A DNA stretch of 64,000 bases from Macrostomum lignano (Eukaryota): assembly GCA_002269645.1 (NCBI GenBank), contig NIVC01000261.1:186001-250000 (forward strand). The letters are read 5' to 3'. Shown in pieces: positions 56,801-64,000 of this stretch (its first letter is position 1; every line of letters starts with the position of its first letter). Position numbers and translations under genes: made by a program. The notes beneath the pieces are model-generated. The model ran no database searches, was not told the origin of the DNA, and saw only the letters and a program-made list of their open reading frames with translations.

Positions 56801-58270
56801 ACCACCGATGAAGAAGACAAGACAGGCTGGCGACTCAAACCAGAGCGATTCTCTAGTTTCCATCGACTGCAGCGCGTCTTCGCTTGGGTGTTGCGGTTCA
56901 TTCGGAACTGTCAGACGGAGAAGTATCAGCGGAGCGGCGGTGAGCTGTTGGTGGATGAGCTCGAGGAGGTCGAGGAGCGTTTGGTAAGGTTAGCTCAGGA
57001 GGAAGCGTTCAAGACGGATACAGTGAACGAGAAGAAGCTGCGGTGCTTGCAGCCGGTACGTGATGCAGCAGGAGTCCTACGAGTGGATGGCCGGTTGAAA
57101 TTCAGGCCACAGGCGCCATTTGCAGCAAGACATCCATCTATTTTGCCGCGGAAGCATTGGATCACCAAGCTGATCATCAAACAATATCACGAGCAGCAGA
57201 GCCATGGTGGGACTAACCAAACTCTGGCGGCGCTGTCAGCCAAGTATTGGGTTATCTGTGCTCGGGAAGCTATTCGCGAGTGGGAGGTTGAATGCGCTGT
57301 GTGCAAGAGAGAGAAAGCTCGTCCCATCGTACAACAGATGGCGCCACTGCCTGATGCCCGTGTCGCAGGATCCTTAAAAGCCTTCACGAACGTAGCCGTC
57401 GACATGGGAGGGCCGTTCGTCACTATTCAAGGCCGATTTAAGAAGAGGCAGAAACGCTATTTGGCGCTGTTCACATGCCTCGAGACGCGAGCGGTACACC
57501 TCGAGATGACCTACAGCCTTGACGCGGACTCTTTCTTGAACGCCTTCTACCGAATGGTGAACAGGCGTGGCTTACCCAAGGCTATGTATTCTGACAACGG
57601 TGGCAACTTTGTAAAAGGTGCAGATGAACTGCGACTTCTGGAGGAGCTGGACAGGACAAGGATCAGTCGCGAGACATCCAAGCAGCGAGTCAAGTGGAAC
57701 TTCCAGCCGCCAGCCGCCCCGCACTTTGGTGGAGCCCACGAGGTGATGATTCGGGCTGCGAAGCGAGCGCTACACGCGATTCTGGGCAGCGCAGATGTCA
57801 CCGACGAGGAGCTTCAGTCAGCGATCACTGGAGCGGAGGCGCTTATCAACTCGCGCCCCATCACCTATCAATCGGCGAATCCGAGAGACGAAGAGCCACT
57901 AACGCCAAACCATTTCCTGCACGGTCAAGCTGGTGGACAATTCGCGCCAGATGTGCCCGACGACGTCGCGGCTGACCCGAGGCGGCGGTGGCGGCGCGTC
58001 CAAGAACTCGTGAGGCACGTCTGGCGACGCTGGATGCGCGAATGGCTGCCAGGGTTGCAGCCGAGAGCCAAGTGGGCGGGACCGCAGCGTGATTTACAGC
58101 CAGGTGATGTCGTTCTCGTCATCAAAGCAGACTCACCGCGGGGACACTGGCCGTTGGGACGAGTAGTCGAAGTCTACCCAGGTTCAGACAATCGAGTCCG
58201 GGTGGCCAAGGTCCAGGTCGGTGGGACGGTATTCGTGCGGCCTGTGAGCAAACTGTGCTATCTCGAGTGA
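53822..58270 (+). CDS. pol: BEL/Pao Gag C-terminus and Pol (Zn knuckles, aspartic protease, RT, Pao RNase H, integrase, C-terminal DUF5641-like region)
   Basis: Three Cys/His knuckles (CGLCGEQHGVWSC, CFCCLGANHLAGAC, CGVDGCKANH), LLDDAS protease, YMDD RT, FVDASQEAYGAVVY, H..H/CAVC Zn finger, VDMGGP / SDNGGNF / PHFGGAHE integrase, WRRWMREWL; uninterrupted ORF of about 1480 aa with no ATG of its own at the 5' end. Confidence 0.95.
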   Translation, partial: EDSLRTLHRWLLTEAEYMTVACEAVRGVASSGETGRHDSVKAKKTVSRGAAAARSFFVKTNDSNSQNKEQAEGRKGCGLCGEQHGVWSCPRFQRMEPGARWATVRDKRLCFCCLGANHLAGACKRARVCGVDGCKANHNRLLHQRGPAATTANPHEGGSPKTIERPKSFQEKKSTVQEPQEACTLLARTSPSIALRTVPVILSNGGREVRVNVLLDDASTRSYLNSDVAAELGLEGNLEPMTVKVLNGQVSTFQTVPVEVDIRSLDGAFRATVTAHTTEKVTGGMEAVDWSQLAKRWAHLRGVPFDKIKGKQTVDMLIGVDNADLHFACREVGGQPGEPIARLTPIGWTCVGPVNQVGTAEEQQQQTFFTVTAENEASDLLRKMWEIDEVPDGGQQARMSAEDQKIVEATRASLKMENGRFQVAIPWKKNPEELPMNNEAALQRLVSTEKRLLKNPELAKAYQAVIDKHLAKGYVREVGISEPSQAGQWFLPHFAIVRADKETTKVRIVFDAAARSNGVCLNDTIHTGPKLQQDLLKVLLRFRKHPVALAADIEEMYLRVRIAPEDRRFFRFLWRDLDLKQTPKSYEFCSVVFGVNCSPFLAQFVAQENARHYQQQLPLAANTVLHSTYMDDSLDSVETVGQAVKLFQQLVELWSKAGMRACKWMSNSLEVLQHVPVEDRAERAELLLKGEARTAKALGVNWNAKEDVLGISISESNASGKVMTKRLLLRGVAEVFDPCGFLAPVVITGKIMLQLAWQQGVGWDEALDPELADQAFQWTSELSKATRLAVPRCLRPDNGSIELHSFVDASQEAYGAVVYLRSETMSKTTVRFVAAKAKVAPLMAVSIPRLELMAAVLGLRLARAVAEALEIAIESVVFWSDSHNVLWWIRRQSRAFKPFVANRVAFIQQQVQPNQWRYVPTGLNPADVASRGCSVQELMDNELWWNGPGFLARCSNDWPEMPIPVAPETTEANTRRRELASIQKRCAEPVCLVTTDEEDKTGWRLKPERFSSFHRLQRVFAWVLRFIRNCQTEKYQRSGGELLVDELEEVEERLVRLAQEEAFKTDTVNEKKLRCLQPVRDAAGVLRVDGRLKFRPQAPFAARHPSILPRKHWITKLIIKQYHEQQSHGGTNQTLAALSAKYWVICAREAIREWEVECAVCKREKARPIVQQMAPLPDARVAGSLKAFTNVAVDMGGPFVTIQGRFKKRQKRYLALFTCLETRAVHLEMTYSLDADSFLNAFYRMVNRRGLPKAMYSDNGGNFVKGADELRLLEELDRTRISRETSKQRVKWNFQPPAAPHFGGAHEVMIRAAKRALHAILGSADVTDEELQSAITGAEALINSRPITYQSANPRDEEPLTPNHFLHGQAGGQFAPDVPDDVAADPRRRWRRVQELVRHVWRRWMREWLPGLQPRAKWAGPQRDLQPGDVVLVIKADSPRGHWPLGRVVEVYPGSDNRVRVAKVQVGGTVFVRPVSKLCYLE

Positions 58271-58876
58271 GAGGAGTTGATCATTTGCTTAAGAACTGTT
58301 TGTTTTCTTTTCCGGACTTTTCCGAGTTTACGCTGAGTTTTCAAATTGTTTGTACTGTATCGTGTGCGTTCAGTAGGCTTTCTGCCAGTTTTGGGCTTTT
58401 CAAGCCGTTGCCTTTTTGATTATTTGTTGTGTCTGTTTTTGTTCATGGTTTTTTTTGGGATCAGATTTTTTTGGAGCGCAGTTGGCGCATTTGTTTTTCC
58501 TTTGAGTTTGAGCTGTTTGAAGTTTCTGTTAAGTTACGGTGATGGGTTTTTTCTGTCAACCATTTTCGACTTTATTAAAATTGCGAGTTAAGCTGAGTTG
58601 CAAATTTTTATATTTTTTGATGTTTAGTGGTAACTTATTTCAGTTTGCGGTCTTGCGCATTTTCATTGTTTTCATTTGCGAGTCTTGGTGGCGGGTGCCG
58701 AAACATCTTTTCAGTTTGGCTTTTGAGCTCTTTTGAGCCCTCACGCTTCTCGTGCTGTTCCCAGGCGTTGTATGTTTTTTTTGCTATGGTCATAGTTTGT
58801 CCGTTCGGTTACTAGGTACTCAAGTTCAGTGTTTCCGGTCTTTGTTGCTGACATTGCTCTGTCAGGAAGGGGGGAA

Positions 58877-59146
58877 TGTTTAGGAGTTGGCTTACATGTA
58901 CGAGTGTACTTTTCATTCACCTACGCGTAACTTTCATAGCAGAGATTTTGATACGTACGTTTCAGCCCCAGCCCCCATTTATAATGTTCAGCAGCACCCA
59001 CCCCATTTATTTAAAATTATTGCAATATATAGTTATCAGCCTCTCCAGAGAGAGTGCGCACGCTGGTTGTTTTGTTCGGTTGGCTAGTAGCCGAAAAATA
59101 GTCGCTTACTGCGAAGACTCAATTTATTGAATGAACCATCAAAACA
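58877..59146 (+). repeat. 3' LTR (270 bp)
   Basis: Preceded by the PPT and followed by the TSD; no differences seen versus the 5' LTR. Confidence 0.97.
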
Positions 59147-59151
59147 TTTGC

Positions 59152-62100
59152 GAGTTCTCTAGAACTGAGAAGCAGAGCTATCGAGAGTAAGTTTTTTAAC
59201 TCCTTAGCTTTTAAGTTTTTAAACATAATTTGGGATTGCTAAAAGCCTCCGCTCGCAAAGGGCATTACATTAATCACCTTTACAACTTTTAGTCGTCGCT
59301 GGACTCGTCTGTGGATTAGAAGGAAGAAGACGCGCGACATTGAAGTCAAATACCACGACTGCTGCCCGGGATGGGCCAGAGGAGTTTTCGGCTGCACACT
59401 AGGTGAGTGTGCATCCCAACGAACTACGAGCGGACTCGTATAACAGAGCTCTCACAACCCAAAACATGTCTAAAGCTTCATAATTACTCAGGCAGATCAC
59501 AGAGGACTGTGAGCGCTTTTGTAAATAAAGGTGACAGTGATCCCCGCTTACCCTCCTCTGGTCCTCCATTGTAATTTCAATCATTACTGTGCCTCAACAA
59601 GGATTGCTTTGCTTCTTTCACACCAGCTATTTGCTTCGGTAGAGTTAATCACTGTCCGAACAACGGCAAATGCATCAGGCCGAACTTTTGCTCCAACTGC
59701 GACCCCACGCACTATAGCCCTCGCTGCGACCGTGAGTTTGAGGTTCAATATTGATCGCATTGAGTAATGCATTAATTCCTCTATAAGAATTATCGTTAAT
59801 GCTTCACCACCAACATGACTTTCAGTGTGTCCGAAGATTCCATTTTGTGCATTAACGCACTGTTATCATCTTCCGGACCCTTGGGAGACAGCGCGATGCC
59901 AAATTTGCAAGTATAACCACGGACCCAAGGGTCAAGCGTATCTGCTTAGCAGAGACAATAAAACTTGCATTGGTGCGTATTGATTTGAATGAATCTCATG
60001 ATAAATAAAATGTTTCGTGTTGGGGTTACAGTAAATTGCAAGCAAACAATGGACCTGCAATACTATGACAATATATCAGTATCATTAAAATACCGGTTCG
60101 GCTTTACATCATTATCAGAGACTTGCTCATGGAGACGGGAGCACAACCTGTGCTTTCCCGGCGTTTGCAATGGGCCGCACTCACAGTGCCGCTGTGATTC
60201 AGATTTCACCTCGACACCCACAGCAAAAAATTGTCTTAAAAGTGAGTGGGAAATATTGTGTCTCTGTTATTACTTAGTATACAATATCGACTACTAATTG
60301 ATAGTAAAAATTTTTAGTCAAGACTAAGCCTTCGGTGCTGATGGCATCAATGACAGTAAGGGTTCATCCTGACGGAGCGGGTAAGTTCTATAGAAAGAAT
60401 TAAGATTGCTCGTACTTTCATTCCTAAAAATGCTAAAGAAGAATTATTTTAATTTACAGCACCAAAAGACCATGTTACGATCGACTTTCATAAGTTTCCT
60501 AACACTGTGGACTACATTAAAACGAAGCCAGGTAATATTTTGCACGCATATAAAATGCAAAATACTTATTACGAGTGTAATCACAATGAGATTAAAAACC
60601 GTTTAAACATTTCAGCGATAAATAAAAAACTTCAGTTTGAGTGGACAGCGACCAGCCGATTCAAGCCCACAATATCCAGTCCGGGTCTTTCACGCGAACA
60701 CTTCATCCCGCCCACCGGTTACAAGATCGGCCTTGTGCGGGAAAATTTCGTTTTCGTGCTGTCCGGAAACCGTGAGTTTCACACACGTGGACATACAGTA
60801 CCTAGCTATACTTACGGCTAGGTAAGCTTAGTGCCGCATCTTCATTGCAGAGAACTTTCCCGACAACTTGATCGGTCCTCTGGAAGAGACTGGGATCAGT
60901 CCGTCTAACCCGAAGCTCGCAGAACGCGCCTTTACCGGACAGCTGAACCAGCTGCCTCCGGCCGGCTGGCAGCTGCAGTCCGGACACTCGCTCAAGTACA
61001 CGTACTCGGTGTACAACGGTGGCTTCGTCACTGTCGCTGACCTCGACGCCAGAGGAGCCACGCATCCGAGATTTCTCACCGGAGAGTCGTTTACTCAGGC
61101 TGGAACATTCGTGTTTGACTACAGCCTGCCGTACCACTGCACAGTGGCGGGACACGGAGCTCGACCCTGCACTCAGCCATTCGACCAGCGAATGCTTGAG
61201 CTTAGCGAAGCCTTCACCAAGCAGGTATGAGGCTTGAAATGACATGATTTTCATCGTTGAAACACATCTAAGAATGCGCTAACGTACTTTTGATAGAATC
61301 AAATCAACGGTAAATTCGGAGGCTGGAGAGACGACCACGCTGGAGTGCTGCAGTACGACATTGAGCTCAAGCTCATGCACAAAGTCGGAGAGGTGCTGAA
61401 GGAGAACGAGATGGCGGGCTCTGAGCACAAAATCATTGATTTGAATGGCGAGAGCGAGGAAGAGAGACGAAATGGCGGAAACCGAGAGTTCAGTGTTCAC
61501 TTTGACTTGCCTCCCGACGAGCCGTCGGTCTACACTGTTGTGGTGACGGTGCGCGATGCGGTCAGGAACTCGATCAAGAATGTGAGACGCAGCAGACGCT
61601 TCTTTATCTTTGATAACTCGTCGAGCGTGGAAAGCAGGGACGAGCGCTATCCTCTCGGTGTAGACGATACCGTCAACAATAGAGGACTGTGGTGGCTTCG
61701 ACGGCTTGACGGAGACGTCGCGTTCCGATGGACGGACAACCTGATCAACGAGGTGCACACAGGTCAAGGCTTTCTGCTACCGATCGAGCATGTGCCGGAG
61801 TTCTACGGTGACGGCTACGATCAGACTTCCGGACCTCGGAGCATCCACCCGATCGACAACGTGCACGGAGTTGTGCGCTTCGCGTCCCAGTTCGGAGTGG
61901 ACGCGGTCGGTGGTCGCAGTCTGCAACAGCCGGATCAAAGCCGGTGGCTCACCACCACCGACATTCACGCCCAGATGCAGAGCTTTCGCTTCGATAGACG
62001 AGACGGCGAGTCAGCAAAGTTCTGGGTGATTGGCGAGGATGTGATGGGCAACAGCCGTGTGAACAGCTTCCTCATGCACATTGACTCTTCACCTGCCGAG

Positions 62101-64000
62101 TTAGGGACGCTCAGTCTGACTAACAGAGGCGTCGAGGGGCTCGTTGTGCACCACAGCAGAGACCTACACAGTTTGAGGTGAGTCCGTTTGAATGCAAAAA
62201 CTGCTGATATGGACTCGAGTGCCATGACATTTTTGCCCCGTTTGTAGAGCTCACTGGACCGCGTCCGACTTGCACAGCGGCTTGCACACTGTGCTGTGGG
62301 AGATCTTCGACAACCACACTGACGAGATTGTGCAGATGTACTCCAACATGGAAGGACGGAGACATTTCGACAGTCTTACGGTAAGAAAGCTTATTAAAAA
62401 ATGACTGTAGGCAAATGATTGTAAAGTGCCGGATTGCTTCCAGCTGTGCCAAAGAGATTCCGAGAGACCAGACAACTGCTACTGCACTCAAGCTACTGGC
62501 TGCTACAACTCATTCTTTGCGGCATCGCCAAACACAAATGCCACAACGGAGCACAACCACGATTTGCACATTCGACTCACAGTTACAAACGGAGCGGAGT
62601 TGGTCGCGAGCAGCGTGATGAAGATTAGCATCGATTTGTCTGCTCCTCATCCTGGCCACGTGTTCGACGGCGCGCCTGGCGATGAAGAGGTCGACTTCCA
62701 GAACGGGCGACACCTAACGGCGCACTGGAGCGGCTTCTTTGATCCCGAGAGCGGAGTCCGAATGTACAGATACGGCTTCGGAGTATCCTGTCAGTCAGAG
62801 TCGCAACTCATCCAAGAGACGACGGGTCTTGAGGCGAGCTGGGAGGCTCCTGGTCCTGGTCGGTACTTCGTCACGGTAGTCGCTTTCAACAACGCGATGG
62901 AGCCATCTGCCGCTGTGTGCTCTGACGGAGTCCTGATCACGGATCAAAGGCCAGAAGTGAGCCAGTTGAGCATCGAGAGTCTTCGAGTCCGTCCAGGACT
63001 CATCCTGGACGCAAGCTCGCAGGAGCTCTGGTACCTGACCGACCTTGGTCGCAGACAGAAACTTCTAAACGATAATGAGACGTGCAGGTAGAGCCAACAG
63101 TCTGCTAATTAGACCCCCTTGCTACGAGCTCCTTAATAATGGAAAGCATCTCTTTTTCAGAGCTCGAGCAACCGTGATGGCGGACAGCGGAGTTCTGGCA
63201 CTTGATCTCAGCAAGTTCAATCGCACTGTAGTGCTCACTCACGAAGGAGAGTTCTGTGAGCAAATCGGACCAGCTGGAACTGAGTTCTATCTCACCAAGG
63301 ACGACAGGGTAAGGCGCGTGTATTGCTGAGTATTTTTGAGAAGAAGCTTCTTATCAGAGAGCAGGCACTGCATTTCAGCTGAAACTAAGCTGGATTGCCT
63401 CCGACAGTGTTTCCGGACTGAGGCACTCCATCGTGTCAGTAGTGAGCAACGAGAACTCCGTGTCTGATCTTGCCAATCGCGTAGTCACGACACACTCTAG
63501 CGAAATTCTCGACCACATTGATTTGAAAGATGGTCAGCAGATCTACTTGACAATAGCGGCAGTAAACAGGGCGGGACTGTCGTCAAACATGGTGAGATTT
63601 ACACTGCAACTTATCTAGACTGCTTGCTATGAAACGGTGAATGTTTGTTCGTATCATTTTAGAGTGTCGGACCACTGACTGTAGACACCAGTCCACCGAG
63701 CTTCTCGGGCTCATTGTCCGTCAGTACCAACAATGAGCACTTGTTAGTCCGTTGGGATGCGGGCGACTTCGTAGATCCGGAGTCCGAGTCGCTCGAGTTT
63801 GAGATCGGAGTCGGTTAGTGTCTGTCAATCTGTTATCTCATACTGGAGATTAAGGTAATGCATCGTTTAGTTCTCATGGTTTAATTTTATAGGCAGCAAG
63901 AAGCACTCTACAGACATTGTTCATTTCGAGAGGGTCAAGCAAGGACCTGAGTGCAGTCACAGTCACACGCCAGTGACTTGCGCATCTCTGGAGCTGAGCC
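59152..64000 (+). pseudogene. Paralog 2 of the giant secreted protein, exons 2b-17 (continues past the window)
   Basis: Exons 59152-59186, 59293-59402, 59627-59731, 59826-59972, 60119-60241, 60318-60380, 60460-60531, 60616-60771, 60851-61224, 61297-62177, 62248-62380, 62444-63087, 63161-63308, 63379-63591, 63663-63813, 63893-end. Same intron phases and nearly the same exon sizes as paralog 1; reading frame intact apart from the LTR insertion. Confidence 0.87.

Larger units (their letters stand above)
53086..59146 (+). mobile_element. BEL/Pao LTR retrotransposon, 6061 bp, very recent insertion
   Basis: TG...CA LTRs at 53086-53355 and 58877-59146 appear identical; 5-bp TSD TTTGC (53081-53085, 59147-59151); PBS TGGTAGCAGAGCGTGGTT (53358-53375), complementary to the initiator tRNA-Met 3' end; PPT AGGAAGGGGGGAA (58864-58876); domain order PR-RT-RH-IN. 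Confidence 0.97.

Noticed and set aside
58270-58876. env-like gene in the BEL 3' region
   Set aside because: T-rich, only short ORFs, no envelope motifs; treated as 3' UTR.

Overview
Eukaryotic (invertebrate metazoan) genomic DNA. Short GT-AG introns, a poly-Ala GPCR tail and extreme minisatellite density suggest a free-living flatworm such as Macrostomum, but this is inference only. About 1-35 kb is a patchwork of more than 20 unrelated micro/minisatellite arrays. Hidden in it are the first two coding exons of a furin-type proprotein convertase (minus strand, 14125-14355 and 5031-5129, about 9 kb intron, continuing off the left edge) and an intronless class A peptide-receptor-like GPCR (minus, 25183-26559). 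From 35.5 kb there are two tandem paralogs of a giant multi-exon secreted protein: signal peptide, propeptide with R-x-K-R, EMI/EGF-like Cys-rich head, many FN3/Ig-like DxxPP/WxGFxDxESG modules and a DUF642-like module. Copy 1 (35476-49975, 35 exons, about 3400 aa) carries many 1-bp frameshifts. Copy 2 (52017 to beyond 64000) has exon 2 interrupted by a very young BEL/Pao LTR retrotransposon (53086-59146; identical 270-bp LTRs, TTTGC TSD, long pol ORF, Gag core apparently deleted). The paralogs have strongly diverged N-terminal heads but are about 99% identical, introns included, from within exon 9 onward, a gene-conversion-like mosaic. Mariner and RTE remnants lie between them. No CRISPR, rRNA or tRNA genes were found. 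All alignments were done by eye.
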